A stretch of 64,000 nucleotides of DNA from Polyangiales bacterium (GTDB taxonomy: Bacteria; Myxococcota_A; Polyangia; Polyangiales; Polyangiaceae). A program made the position numbers and the translations under genes. Positions 9,320-19,894 of this stretch are shown here, in pieces. Position 1 is the stretch's first letter, and each line of letters begins with the position of its first letter. The stretch spans positions 104,004-168,003 of the forward strand of contig JBBRNJ010000007.1 in the NCBI GenBank assembly GCA_038230375.1, read 5' to 3'. The notes below the pieces were generated by a model that was not told the origin of the DNA, searched no databases, and saw only the letters and a list, made by a program, of their open reading frames with translations.

Positions 9320-11613
9320 TGATGCGGGACGGGGGCGACATCCTGATCGTGGACGATCAGCCGGCGAATCTCGAGGTGCTCTCCCAGCTCCTCGCTCGCG
9401 AGGGCTACCGCGTGCGCGCTGTGACGTCCGGTGAGCGCGCGCTCGAGGCCGCGCGGCTCCGTCCTCCGGACTGCATGCTGCTTGACATCGCGATGCCCGG
9501 AATGGATGGGATCGCCACCTGTGAGGCCTTCCGCAAGGACCCATGCCTGGTGCGCGTTCCGATCATCTTTCTGACCGCATTCGACGATCCAGGGCACAAG
9601 GTGCTCGCCTTCAAGGCGGGCGGCCGCGACTACATCAGCAAGCCTTTCCAGGTCGAAGAGGTGCTCGCGCGTGTCGGCGCGCACGTAGACCTTGCGATGA
9701 TGCACGTGGAGCGCGCGCGCGCGCTCGAGTCTCGATTCCGTGCGCTCGTCGAGAACAGCAGTGACGGGATCGCGCTCACGGATAGCAGCGGCATGCTGAC
9801 GTACGTGAGCCCCTCCGGCAAGCGGATGCTTGGCCTCGACGCGTTGCTCTTCAGCACGAACGTCACCACGTCCTGGCACCCCGAGGACGCGCCGGCCATG
9901 CGCGAGAACCGCGAGTGGATGCTCAGGCATCCAGGGGAGAGCCTGACCTCGGAATGTCGTATTCGAGACGCGAAGGGGGAGTGGCGCTGGCTGGAGATCG
10001 TGTCCACGAACCTGCTGAACGACCCAGCGGTGAACGGCGTCATCAACAACTTCCGTGACGTGACGGAGCGGCGCCGTACGCTCGATGACCTGCGCGCGAG
10101 CGAGAGCCGTTTTCGCGCGCTCACCGACTCTGGCGTCGCCGGGATCGCCATCGCCGAGCCGCGCGGAATCGTCGAGGCCAACGAGGCCTTCCTTGCCATG
10201 GTCGGCTACACCCGGGAGGATCTCCTCAACGGAGCGCTGAGCCCGGCTGCGTTGACACCGCCGGAGCTCTTGCGCGCGAACGACGCGGCCCTCGAGGAGG
10301 TTCGCGCGCGCGGATTTGCCACGCCCTGGGAGACCGACTACGTCAAGAAGGACGGGAGCCGCGTCCCCTGTCTGGTCGGTGTCTCGGCGATCGACGCATC
10401 ACGCACCATCTACTTCGTGATCGACCTGAGCCAGCGCAAGCAGATCGAATCCGCGCTCGAGCGGAGCGAGAACCAGCTCCGGCAGGCGCAGAAGATGGAG
10501 GCCGTGGGCAGGCTCGCCGGCGGCGTTGCGCACGACTTCAACAATCTCCTATCGGTGATCCTGAGCTACTCGTCCATTGCCGTCGAGACGCTCCGGCCCG
10601 AGGACCCTCTGCGCGGCGATCTCGAGGAGATCGTCATTGCAGGAGGACGCGCCGCCGAGCTCACGACGCAGCTTCTCGCCTTCAGCAGACAGCAGGTGCT
10701 GCAGCCCACGGTCATTGACCTCAATGACGCGATCTCCAACATGGGAAAGATGCTGGAACGGCTGCTCGGCGAGGACGTCGAGCTGCGGACGGTGCTCGCA
10801 CCGGGGCTCTCAGCCGTGCTCGCCGATCGCGGACAGACGGAGCAGATCATCATGAATCTGGCCGTGAACGCGCGCGACGCCATGGCGAACGGTGGCAAGC
10901 TGACGATCGAGACCACCAACATCGACCTGGACGAAAGCTATGTGCAGCGGCACCTTGGCGCGAAGCCTGGACGTCACGTGATGCTCGCCGTGAGCGACTC
11001 CGGCGCCGGCATGGACAAGGCAACGCAGGCGCAGATCTTCGACCCATTCTTCACGACCAAAGAGGTGGGCAAGGGCACCGGGCTCGGGCTTGCGACGGTG
11101 CTCGGGATCGTCCAGCAGAGCGGAGGCTCCATCGACGTCTACAGCGAGCCCGGGCTCGGCACCACGTTCAAGGTGTTCTTCCCGGTGTGCGAACAGTCGG
11201 TGGAGCCGGCCGTGGACGTGGTCCCGGCAAAAGGTGGACGCGAGGGGGAAACGATCCTCCTTGTGGAAGACGAAGCGAAGGTACGGGTGCTGGTGCAGTC
11301 GATCCTGACGCGGCGGCGGTACCGGGTGCTGGCCGCGGCATCGCCGACGGAGGCGCTCGCGCTGAGCGCTGGCTTCGACGGCAAGATCCACCTCTTGCTG
11401 ACGGACGTCGTCATGCCAGGCATGAATGGGCGGCAGCTGGCAGAAGAGGTCCGGAAGACGCGCGCAGACCTCCAGGTGCTCTACATGTCCGGCTATACCG
11501 CGAACGTCGTTCTGGAGCGCGGCATCGCCAGCGGCTCTGCGTTCGTCCAGAAGCCCATCACGCCGGACACGTTGTCCCGCGCTGTCCGGTCGGCGCTCGA
11601 CCTGGGTCCGTAG
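9319..11613 (+). CDS. Hybrid histidine kinase REC-PAS-PAS-HisKA-HATPase-REC
   Basis: ILIVDD...LLDIAMP; PAS motifs (WHPED, WRWLE, KKDGSRV); AHDFNNLL; NARDAM, FFTTK; C-terminal LLTDVVMP. Confidence 0.92.
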   Translation: MMRDGGDILIVDDQPANLEVLSQLLAREGYRVRAVTSGERALEAARLRPPDCMLLDIAMPGMDGIATCEAFRKDPCLVRVPIIFLTAFDDPGHKVLAFKAGGRDYISKPFQVEEVLARVGAHVDLAMMHVERARALESRFRALVENSSDGIALTDSSGMLTYVSPSGKRMLGLDALLFSTNVTTSWHPEDAPAMRENREWMLRHPGESLTSECRIRDAKGEWRWLEIVSTNLLNDPAVNGVINNFRDVTERRRTLDDLRASESRFRALTDSGVAGIAIAEPRGIVEANEAFLAMVGYTREDLLNGALSPAALTPPELLRANDAALEEVRARGFATPWETDYVKKDGSRVPCLVGVSAIDASRTIYFVIDLSQRKQIESALERSENQLRQAQKMEAVGRLAGGVAHDFNNLLSVILSYSSIAVETLRPEDPLRGDLEEIVIAGGRAAELTTQLLAFSRQQVLQPTVIDLNDAISNMGKMLERLLGEDVELRTVLAPGLSAVLADRGQTEQIIMNLAVNARDAMANGGKLTIETTNIDLDESYVQRHLGAKPGRHVMLAVSDSGAGMDKATQAQIFDPFFTTKEVGKGTGLGLATVLGIVQQSGGSIDVYSEPGLGTTFKVFFPVCEQSVEPAVDVVPAKGGREGETILLVEDEAKVRVLVQSILTRRRYRVLAAASPTEALALSAGFDGKIHLLLTDVVMPGMNGRQLAEEVRKTRADLQVLYMSGYTANVVLERGIASGSAFVQKPITPDTLSRAVRSALDLGP

Positions 11614-11616
11614 GCA

Positions 11617-14600
11617 TCACCGCTGCGAGAGCTCTCGAAGAACCGCGGTGAGCTCCTGGTTGGTCCGTTCCAGTTGCTCCTGCACATCGGGCCAGTCCTC
11701 CGATGCGGCGGCGCGCTCCAGCGCAGCGGCGGATTCGACCAGCGCGTTCGCGTCGAACGTCAACGCCTGGCCGCGCAACCGGTGGGCGGCATAGTCGACC
11801 GCCTTCCGGTCGCGGCGCAAAACGGCGTCGGAGAGCAGCTGAAAGGTCTCTGGCGCGAGCTCCACGAAGCGCTGGAGGGCCCGCTCGAGGGCGCCCGAGT
11901 CTCCGCCGAGCCGTCCGAGGGCACGTGACAGGTCGAGTCGCGCAACGACCGGCTCTGGCTTGCTCCGCTCTGCGCCGTTCGTTCCCGCCACGCGCCCGGT
12001 GTCGCGGAGTCGCTCCCCCAGCACGCGAAGCAAATGGCTGGCGTCAAACGGCTTGCTCACGTGGGCGTTCATGCCTGCCTCGATCGCGAGCGCCAGGTCG
12101 CCGCTCGCGGAGCTGGCGGTCAATGCGATGATCGAGAGCGAGCGCGCTCCAAGGAGCCTGCCGTCATGCTCGAGGGCGCGGATCCGCCGCGCGGTCTCGT
12201 AGCCATCGATGCCGGGAAGCCGGCAATCAAGCAGCACGGCGTCGTACGAGCGTCGCGTGAGCAGCTCGATCGCCTCCTCCCCAGTCTCCGCGAGATCCAC
12301 GCGATAGCCCGCCTTGCCGAGCACGCGCGCGGCGATCTCGGCGTTCACGGCGCTGTCGTCCACGACGAGCACACAGGCTCCGTCGCCGGAGGTGTGCACG
12401 TGCTCCTCGTTCGGCGCGTGGGTCCCACGGATGCCGCGGATGGCAGCGTCGAGCTTGGCGTTCCAGAACGGGCTCGGGCATCGTGCCGTGATCAGCAACC
12501 GGCTTGCCTCCTCTGCCTCCATTGGCCGGCGGAGCGACTCCAGGAAGATCACGCGAACGCCCTGGCTCGCCGCGCCGGCGGCGACCTTCGCCATGGCACG
12601 GCCGTCGAACTGGGGCGGATCGTCGACGATGACAACCATCGCATGACGACCGGCGCGCAGGCGCTCCGCCACCCGGTCCACCGAGTCGGCCGGCTCGGCG
12701 GAATAGCCGCGGGCCGCGAGCGCGCTCGCCAGCACGCTTCGCTGGCGCACGTCTCCTGCGACGACCAGCACGTGTCGCTCTGTGGGTGCCTGGCGGACTG
12801 GCTGCTCACCGCGGGCGAGCAACATCCGGAGCGTCACGGTGAATCGAGAGCCGACGCCAAGCTCGCTCTCCAGGCTCAGCCGCCCGCCCATGCGCTGCGT
12901 GAGCTCGCGGCTGATGGCGAGACCGAGTCCCGTGCCGGCGCCGCGCTGCGCCGCTGACTCCAGGCTGGCGAACGGAACGAAGACGCGCTCGGCGTCAGCT
13001 TCAGCGATTCCGATGCCCGTGTCGGAGACCTGCACGCGAACAACGATCGCGTCCTGCTCACGCTCGGCAACGGTCAGGTTGATGCCCACCTCACCGCGCG
13101 ACGTGAACTTGATGGCGTTGCCAAGGAGGTTCGTCAGAACCTGGCGCAAGCGTCCCGCGTCGCCGATCACGCGGGGCACCTCGTCCGCGCGACACGCCAG
13201 AAGCAGCCCCTTTTCGCTCGCTCGCGTGGCGAACACGCCCACGGCGTCGTCGATCACGTCCTGGAGTGAGAGCTCCTCTGAAGCGATCTCCAGGCCGCCC
13301 GCGTCGAACTTGGAGAAGTCCAGGACGTCGTTGATCACGGAGAGCAGGCCGTGCGCGGAGGCGCGTGCGAGCTCCGCGTAGCGCTTCTGGCGCGCATCGA
13401 GCGGCCCGCTCGCGAGGAGGTCGATCATGCCGATCACCCCGCTCACCGGCGAGCGCAGCTCGTGGCTCATGGCTGCGAGGAACGCGGACTTTGCGCGCAT
13501 GCCAGCCAGCGCATCTTCCTTCGCGCGCGCCATCGCCTCCACGCTGCGGCGCTGCTCGGTCACGTCCATCACGATCGACTGGTAGGCGGATCTCTCGCCG
13601 CGCTGGATCGTGGAGACGTGGAACTGAGCGATGAAGTCCTCGCCCGTGACGCGGCGAGCCGTCCACTCGGCTCGCGCGGAGCCGTGGCACCGCGCCTGTT
13701 CCAGGACGGCCTCCACGAGCTCCTTCGTCGGGCGGCCGTCGGGTTGCAGCTCCGGTGCAAGCTGTGCCACGCCTACCTTTGCGAAGTCGTCGCGCGAGGA
13801 CACGTCGTACAGCTTCAGCGCCGCGTCGTTGCAGTCGATCAACGCCAACGTCTCCACGTCGCGCATCGTGACGGCCGCGGCAGTGAAGGTGAAGAGCCCG
13901 CGATAGAGTCGCTCCGAGTCTGCCAGCGCGATCTCGGCGAGCTTTCGCTCGTGGATGTCCGAGGTCCGTCCGATCACGCGCCTTCTGCCGCGCTCGTCCA
14001 CGAACACGGTCGCCATGCTTCGCCGCCACTGCGGCCCCTCGCCGGTGCGCACCAGGCGCCACTCCAGGTCCATTCGCCTCGGGTCGGGCGGCTGTGACGG
14101 CGTCGCCAGGGCCATCAACGCGGCGCGCACGCGCTCTCGGTCGTGGGGGTGTACGTGCTGGAGCGCCTCCTGCGAGCCCTGCAGCGCTGGGTCCTTGTGT
14201 GCGCTGACGAACGTGCTCGAGCCCAGGTCGTCGTCCACGTTCCACTCCCAGACCAGATCGTTCGTCACCTCTGCGGCGAGCGCATGCCGTTCGTACGCGC
14301 TGCGCAGCGCCTGGCGCGCGACGTTCCGCGGGCCGATGTCCGTGGACGTGATCACGATGCCGCGAACATCTGGTTGGTCCAGACGGTTGATCGCCACGAT
14401 CTCACGCTCGGCCCAGACCCCGAGGCCGGTGTTCCCGCGAAGCTCGACAAACACCGGTACGTTCGGCTTTTCAAGCGCTTCGTCGACCGCCGCGCGGGCG
14501 GTCGGTCGAAGGTCCTCCGGGAGCATCTCGTAGATGGTCGCGCTGCCGATGCTCGCGAAGCGGTGCAGCCCCATCGCTTGTTGCGTATGCGAGGCGAACT

Positions 14601-14739
14601 TCACGACGGCGTCCTTGTCGACGACCCAGTGGGCGGCCCAAGCGTTCTCCATCACCGTGCGATAGACGCGGAGCTCCTTGATCTCCGCGCGGGCCTCTGC
14701 CAGCTCGCGATCCTTGTCGTCGTCTCCCTCCGACATCAC
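11617..14739 (-). CDS. Hybrid histidine kinase with three PAS-like domains, degenerate REC, REC and Hpt
   Basis: VHPHD PAS; MSHELRSP H-box; NLLGNAIKFT; LVVDD...LLDCRLP...SKPF receiver; AAHRLRG Hpt histidine. Confidence 0.9.
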   Translation of the reverse strand: MMSEGDDDKDRELAEARAEIKELRVYRTVMENAWAAHWVVDKDAVVKFASHTQQAMGLHRFASIGSATIYEMLPEDLRPTARAAVDEALEKPNVPVFVELRGNTGLGVWAEREIVAINRLDQPDVRGIVITSTDIGPRNVARQALRSAYERHALAAEVTNDLVWEWNVDDDLGSSTFVSAHKDPALQGSQEALQHVHPHDRERVRAALMALATPSQPPDPRRMDLEWRLVRTGEGPQWRRSMATVFVDERGRRRVIGRTSDIHERKLAEIALADSERLYRGLFTFTAAAVTMRDVETLALIDCNDAALKLYDVSSRDDFAKVGVAQLAPELQPDGRPTKELVEAVLEQARCHGSARAEWTARRVTGEDFIAQFHVSTIQRGERSAYQSIVMDVTEQRRSVEAMARAKEDALAGMRAKSAFLAAMSHELRSPVSGVIGMIDLLASGPLDARQKRYAELARASAHGLLSVINDVLDFSKFDAGGLEIASEELSLQDVIDDAVGVFATRASEKGLLLACRADEVPRVIGDAGRLRQVLTNLLGNAIKFTSRGEVGINLTVAEREQDAIVVRVQVSDTGIGIAEADAERVFVPFASLESAAQRGAGTGLGLAISRELTQRMGGRLSLESELGVGSRFTVTLRMLLARGEQPVRQAPTERHVLVVAGDVRQRSVLASALAARGYSAEPADSVDRVAERLRAGRHAMVVIVDDPPQFDGRAMAKVAAGAASQGVRVIFLESLRRPMEAEEASRLLITARCPSPFWNAKLDAAIRGIRGTHAPNEEHVHTSGDGACVLVVDDSAVNAEIAARVLGKAGYRVDLAETGEEAIELLTRRSYDAVLLDCRLPGIDGYETARRIRALEHDGRLLGARSLSIIALTASSASGDLALAIEAGMNAHVSKPFDASHLLRVLGERLRDTGRVAGTNGAERSKPEPVVARLDLSRALGRLGGDSGALERALQRFVELAPETFQLLSDAVLRRDRKAVDYAAHRLRGQALTFDANALVESAAALERAAASEDWPDVQEQLERTNQELTAVLRELSQR

Positions 14740-16070
14740 CCCATCCCGTAGCGTTTGAGCTTTTCCCAGAGCGTGGAGCGAGAGATGCCGAGCGCACTCG
14801 CGGCGCGGCTACGAGAGCCACCGACCTCCGCGAGGGTGCGTGTGATGTGAAGTCGTTCGGCGTCCTCGAGTCGCGTCGCCGGCATGCTGGCGGTGACGGT
14901 CGTGGCCGTGATGGGAAGGTCGAAGCTCTCTGGCCCGACGGTGCTCGAGGTCGCGAGCATGGTCGCGCGCTCGACGGCATTGCGGAGCTCGCGGACGTTG
15001 CCGGGCCAGCCGTACGCGGTGAGGAGCGATGGTACGTCGCGCGTGAAGCGCAGGCCTGGCCGCCCGAACTCGCCGCGGAACTTCGCCAGGAAGTGCTCTG
15101 CAAGCGGAACGATATCCTCCTGCCTCTCGCGGAGCGGCGGGATGCGGAGCACCACCGTGGCCAGGCGATAGTAGAGGTCCGCGCGCAGTCGACCGCTCGC
15201 GATCGCCTCCTGCGGATCGCGGTTCGTCGCGGCGAGCACGCGCACGTTCATGCGTCGCTCGCGATCCGATCCGACCGGGAAATAGCGGCGTTCCTCGAGC
15301 ACGCGGAGGAGCTTGGGCTGCAGCTCGGGCTTGAACTCGCACAGCTCGTCCAGGAGCAACGTGCCTCCTTCAGCGCTCGCGAAGTGACCGGCGCGGTCGC
15401 GCTTGGAGTCCGTGAAGGCGCCCTTCACGCTGCCGAACAGCTCCGCCTCGATCATGCTCTCCGGGATCGCCGCAAGGTTCACGCGCACCATGGGCGCCGC
15501 GCTGCGGTCGCTCTCCTGGTGGATGCGCGCAGCGAGCACCTCCTTGCCGACGCCGCTCTCTCCCAGGATGAGCGCGGAGGATGCGGGCGTGGCCGCCACA
15601 CGCGACGCAACGTTGAAGACCTCCTGGAGCGCGGAGCTCGCCACGACCGCCGACGTTGCGCTGCGGTCGGTCGCCTCGTAGAGCGCGAGCTTGCGGCGCG
15701 CGGTCGCCGACTCCATCGCGCGCGCGAGCCGCGTGGTCAGGTCCGCGGCGTCGAACGGCTTCGAGATGTAGTCCGCCGCGCCCATGCGCATGGCCTCGAC
15801 CGCGCCTTCGATCTCGGCGCGGGCGGTGATCACAAGGACCTGTGGCGACGGCTCGCGATCGAGTGCGTGGCGAAGCACGTCAAGGCCTGCACCGTCGGGT
15901 AGGAACATGTCGAGCATCATCGCGTCGTAGTCGGACGCGTCGAGCGCTGCCTTGGCGTCCTTCACGTTTCGAGCAATGCGAACGTCGTGCCCTCGCGCCT
16001 GCAAGACGTCGAGCAGCATGTTCGCGACGACTTCATCGTCGTCCACCACGAGGATCTTCCCGCCCGCCAC
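14736..16070 (-). CDS. Sigma-54-dependent response regulator (NtrC-family enhancer-binding protein)
   Basis: REC; GESGVGKE Walker A; ELFGSVKGAFTD (GAFTGA variant); RADLYYRL; WPGNVREL; Fis-type HTH LGISRSTLWEKL. Confidence 0.95.
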   Translation of the reverse strand: MAGGKILVVDDDEVVANMLLDVLQARGHDVRIARNVKDAKAALDASDYDAMMLDMFLPDGAGLDVLRHALDREPSPQVLVITARAEIEGAVEAMRMGAADYISKPFDAADLTTRLARAMESATARRKLALYEATDRSATSAVVASSALQEVFNVASRVAATPASSALILGESGVGKEVLAARIHQESDRSAAPMVRVNLAAIPESMIEAELFGSVKGAFTDSKRDRAGHFASAEGGTLLLDELCEFKPELQPKLLRVLEERRYFPVGSDRERRMNVRVLAATNRDPQEAIASGRLRADLYYRLATVVLRIPPLRERQEDIVPLAEHFLAKFRGEFGRPGLRFTRDVPSLLTAYGWPGNVRELRNAVERATMLATSSTVGPESFDLPITATTVTASMPATRLEDAERLHITRTLAEVGGSRSRAASALGISRSTLWEKLKRYGMG

Positions 16071-16111
16071 TGCGAGACTTTCGCATCGCTACCTCCGAGA
16101 CGCCAGACGCG

Positions 16112-16160
16112 TGTTCGACTTCCGAACATTTGGGGCTCGGCGGCGTTCGACATCCGGACG
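16112..16160. promoter_or_regulatory. Tandem palindromic enhancer (UAS) sites for a sigma-54 activator
   Basis: TGTTCG-ACTTC-CGAACA (16112-16128, perfect 6-bp arms) and CGTTCG-ACATC-CGGACG (16144-16160), 32 bp apart, between the activator gene and a -24/-12 element. Confidence 0.65.
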
Positions 16161-16200
16161 GGCGAAGCCTCCAACCGTGCGCGTCTGCGGGCGGATTGCG

Positions 16201-16217
16201 CTGGCCCGCACCTTGCG
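16201..16217 (+). promoter_or_regulatory. Sigma-54 (-24/-12) promoter
   Basis: CTGGCCCGCACCTTGCG: TGG at 16202-16204 and TTGC at 16213-16216 give the exact GG-N10-GC spacing; upstream of the 16253 gene and the che cluster. Confidence 0.75.
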
Positions 16218-16252
16218 TACCGGCCCGCATGGCAATGCAAATGGGGGTAGCG

Positions 16253-16501
16253 ATGGACAAGGAGAGCGAGGAGCTGCTGGTGCCGGACGAGCAGGTTCAG
16301 GACTGCACCATGGTCGCTCTACAGGCGGCGCACAGGCTCAACAACATCGTCACGGTCATCCTGGCCAACACGGATGCGCTGCTGAGCGCCCATGGACCAG
16401 ACACCGAGGTCGGACAGTGCGCGACCGAGATACACGAGGCCGCGGTACGCGCGACCGCGCTGAGCGCGGAGATCTTCAACGCCGTTCGCCGTCGCCCGTG
16501 A
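16253..16501 (+). CDS. Stand-alone HisKA/DHp-like microprotein (82 aa)
   Basis: GGGGG-type RBS before ATG; AAHRLNNIVTVILAN...EIHEAAVRATALSAEI mirrors the [13 protein letters not shown]...[16 protein letters not shown]p of the next kinase; no ATPase domain. Confidence 0.7.
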   Translation: MDKESEELLVPDEQVQDCTMVALQAAHRLNNIVTVILANTDALLSAHGPDTEVGQCATEIHEAAVRATALSAEIFNAVRRRP

Positions 16502-16541
16502 ACGCAGTGAACGTTAGCTTGGAGCTCGGGGGCTCCCACAC

Positions 16542-18068
16542 ATGTATCCGTTTGAACAGATCTTCGAGAGCGCGCCGATCGGCATGGCCCTCGTGTCACT
16601 CGATGGCCGCTGGCTCCAGGTCAACCGCGCGCTGTGCACGCTCGTGGGATACGACGCAGCGCAGCTGCTCGAGCTGACGCAAAAGGACGTCACGCACCCC
16701 GATGACCTCGAACTGGATCTCGACCACATCCGCAAGTTGCTCGAGGGCGAGCTCACCACGTACCAGATGGAGAAGCGGTACATCCGCGCAGACTGGAAGG
16801 TCGTCAATGTGATGCTGAGCGCGTCGCTGGTACGCGATGACGCCGGCCGGCCCGTGCACTTCGTCTCGCAGATCCAGGATGTCACGGAGCAGCGTCAGAT
16901 GGAGGAGCAGCTTCGCCAGGCGCAGAAGCTGGAGGCGATCGGCCTGCTCGCGGGCGGCATCGCGCACGACTTCAACAACATGCTCTCCGTGATCATGGGG
17001 CATGCAGACGCGGCGCTGGAGAGCTTGACGATAGGCCAGGCAGCTCGCGAGGATGTGGCGGAGGTGAAGCGCGCCAGCGTGCGCGCGGGGCAGCTCACGA
17101 AACAGTTGCTTGCGTTTGGTCGGAGACAGTTCCTGTCGCCCCGGGTGACGCCCCTCTGCGAGTCGGTTCGCGACCTGGAGAAGATGCTGCTGACGCTCGT
17201 GCGCGGCGACATCGAGCTCACGCTGCCGCAGTGTGGCACGCCTGGAAACGTCTACGCAGACCCAGGCCAGATCGCGCAGATCGTGATGAACCTGGTGGTC
17301 AATGCACGCGACGCGATGCCCAAGGGCGGCCGGCTCACGCTCGACGTCACTGGTGTGGAGATCGACGAGACCCTGGGCGCGAAGCTTGGCGGCGCCAGGT
17401 CCGGTGCGTACATGATGCTCACCGTCGCCGACACCGGGCATGGGATGGACAGAGCCACGCAGCTGCGCATCTTCGAGCCGTTCTTCACCACCAAGGCGCC
17501 TGGCACCGGCACGGGCCTCGGCCTCTCGACGGTGTTCGGCATCGTGAAGCAGAGCTGCGGCTACATTGCTGTGGAGAGCGTGGTGGGGTCAGGCAGTACC
17601 TTCCGCGTCTATCTGCCTCGCACGGACCGTGCACCCACCGAGCCTGTCGGGACGTTTTCTGCATCGCCCCTCGAAGGGGGAGAGACCATCCTGCTGGTGG
17701 ACGACGACCAGCATGTTCGCGCGGTCATGCGCAACAGCCTCCGAAGGCGCGGCTACGACGTGCTCGAGGCGCAGGGCCCGGGGGACGCGCTCGTGATCGC
17801 GGAGAAGCATCCTGGGCGCATCGATCTTCTGGTCACGGACGTGGTGATGCCGCGCATGAGCGGGCCGGAGCTGGTGGAGCGTGTCACCGCGCTTCGGCCG
17901 GGGGTGCGCGTGCTCATGTCTTCGGGCTACCCCGACGACGTCTCGTTCTCGATCTACCGGCGGGGCGCGTTCCTGCAGAAGCCGTTCGCATCGGACGACC
18001 TGCTCCGCAAGGTTCGCGAGGCCATCGACCATGTCGTCGAGCGCACGGGCGTCGATTCGGTGGCGTGA
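16542..18068 (+). CDS. Hybrid histidine kinase PAS-HisKA-HATPase-REC
   Basis: [42 protein letters not shown] receiver. Confidence 0.92.
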   Translation: MYPFEQIFESAPIGMALVSLDGRWLQVNRALCTLVGYDAAQLLELTQKDVTHPDDLELDLDHIRKLLEGELTTYQMEKRYIRADWKVVNVMLSASLVRDDAGRPVHFVSQIQDVTEQRQMEEQLRQAQKLEAIGLLAGGIAHDFNNMLSVIMGHADAALESLTIGQAAREDVAEVKRASVRAGQLTKQLLAFGRRQFLSPRVTPLCESVRDLEKMLLTLVRGDIELTLPQCGTPGNVYADPGQIAQIVMNLVVNARDAMPKGGRLTLDVTGVEIDETLGAKLGGARSGAYMMLTVADTGHGMDRATQLRIFEPFFTTKAPGTGTGLGLSTVFGIVKQSCGYIAVESVVGSGSTFRVYLPRTDRAPTEPVGTFSASPLEGGETILLVDDDQHVRAVMRNSLRRRGYDVLEAQGPGDALVIAEKHPGRIDLLVTDVVMPRMSGPELVERVTALRPGVRVLMSSGYPDDVSFSIYRRGAFLQKPFASDDLLRKVREAIDHVVERTGVDSVA

Positions 18069-18128
18069 GTGCGTGAATGGCTGAACCGGCCATTTCCCGC
18101 CAGGCGCCGGTGCCCGTCCTCACCAGAC

Positions 18129-19835
18129 ATGAGAGACATCAGCATTGGCAGACGAATTTCGCTGGCGTTCACCGCGGTCATCTTGATCGCCAGCGCCGTG
18201 GGCGCATACGCCTTCATCCAGACGTACATCATGCGCACGGAGTCCTCGAGGATCCGCGAGCAGTACCTGGTCGCCCTGGACGCCGCGCAGCAGCTGGATG
18301 GGCTCCAGCGCGCGCAGACGGTGCTGCTGATGAAGCACATCATCGCCGACGAGCCGAGCGAGATGCGCGCCATCGAGGCGGAGCTGGAGCAGCAGCGCGG
18401 CCAGATCGAGCAGGCTGTCGCGGAGCTGGACGCTCACACGACTTCGGACGAGGACCACCGCCTCCTTGCGACTCTCAAGATCCTCCGCGCCAAGCGTGTC
18501 GCCGCGCGCGACAAGGCCATGGACCACAGCCGGAAGCTCGAGAACAAGGAGGCGATGGAGGTTGTCCACGGCGAGTATCTGCCCGCGGATCGCGACGCGC
18601 AGGCTGCCGCGGCGACCATCCTGGGCCGCAACCGTGATGCCGCAGAGGGAGCGACCCGCCAGATCGGAGCGTCGATTCACTCCGCTCAGATCGGCATCGT
18701 GGTGGGGCTGGTGTTCGCGATGATCGTTGGCCTCATCATCGGGCAGCTGATGACCCGGAGCATCACGAAGCCGCTTGCTGCGGCCGTCGAGGTGGTTCGC
18801 AGCGTCGCCTCGGGTGACCTGGCGGTGCGCGCGGACGGGACGTCGAAGGACGAGCTCGGTCAGATGATGAGCGACATGAACGTGATGATGGAGAACCTGG
18901 AGCAGAGCGCCAAGATCGCCACGTCGATCTCCGACGGCGATCTCACGGTGAAGCCGACGGTGCTCTCACCGAAGGACTCGCTCGGCGAGGCGCTGCAGAG
19001 CATGGTGGAAAACCTCCGCTCCGTCGTGATGGACGTCAATACGGCAGCCAGCAACGTCGCAGCCGGCAGCGAGCAGCTGTCCGGCAGCGCGCAGTCGCTC
19101 TCCCAAGGCACCAGCGAGCAGAGCTCGTCGGCGCAAGAGACGACCTCTTCGATGGAGGAGATGACAGCGAGCATCCAGCAGTGCCTGGACAACGCGCGTC
19201 AGACGGAGCGCATCGCGGCAAAGTCCGCGGAGGACGCGAGGACCAGCGGCGAGGCGGTCAAGAACACGGTGTCTGCGATCCGTCAGATCGCGGAGCGTAT
19301 CGGCGTGATCGAGGAGATCGCGCGCAAGACAGACCTTCTTGCGCTGAATGCGGCAGTGGAGGCGGCGCGCGCTGGAGAGCATGGAAAGGGCTTCGCGGTG
19401 GTCGCGTCCGAGGTCCGCAAGCTCGCGGAGCGCAGCCAGACCGCTGCCGGCGAGATCAGCCAGCTGACGAACTCGTGCGTTGGCGCGGCGGAGAGCGCGG
19501 GGCAGCTGCTCGAGCGGCTCGTGCCTGACATCAAGAAGACCGCGGAGCTGGTCCAAGACATCGCGGCGGCCACCGGCGAGCAGGCCACGGGAGCCACGCA
19601 GGTGAACCGCGCAATGCAGCAACTCGATACGGTCATCCAGAGCAACTCGGCCGCGTCCGAGGAGCTGGCGTCCACGGCTGAAGAGCTGTCTGCGCAGTCC
19701 GCGCAGCTCCGAGAGAACATCGCGTTCTTCAAGCTGGATGCGCGCACGCCGCAGGCAGCGGGCCGGAACAACGTCACGGTCTTGCCGCGTTCAGCGGCGC
19801 AGGTGTCCACCCACAAGGAGCGCGACGTCGCCTGA
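18129..19835 (+). CDS. Methyl-accepting chemotaxis protein 1
   Basis: TM-4HB-TM-HAMP architecture; [40 protein letters not shown] hairpin. Confidence 0.95.
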   Translation: MRDISIGRRISLAFTAVILIASAVGAYAFIQTYIMRTESSRIREQYLVALDAAQQLDGLQRAQTVLLMKHIIADEPSEMRAIEAELEQQRGQIEQAVAELDAHTTSDEDHRLLATLKILRAKRVAARDKAMDHSRKLENKEAMEVVHGEYLPADRDAQAAAATILGRNRDAAEGATRQIGASIHSAQIGIVVGLVFAMIVGLIIGQLMTRSITKPLAAAVEVVRSVASGDLAVRADGTSKDELGQMMSDMNVMMENLEQSAKIATSISDGDLTVKPTVLSPKDSLGEALQSMVENLRSVVMDVNTAASNVAAGSEQLSGSAQSLSQGTSEQSSSAQETTSSMEEMTASIQQCLDNARQTERIAAKSAEDARTSGEAVKNTVSAIRQIAERIGVIEEIARKTDLLALNAAVEAARAGEHGKGFAVVASEVRKLAERSQTAAGEISQLTNSCVGAAESAGQLLERLVPDIKKTAELVQDIAAATGEQATGATQVNRAMQQLDTVIQSNSAASEELASTAEELSAQSAQLRENIAFFKLDARTPQAAGRNNVTVLPRSAAQVSTHKERDVA

Positions 19836-19894
19836 GCGCACGAATGGCCGCACCGGCCATTTCTCGCCCAGGTCGTACGGCCGTGATCAAAGAA

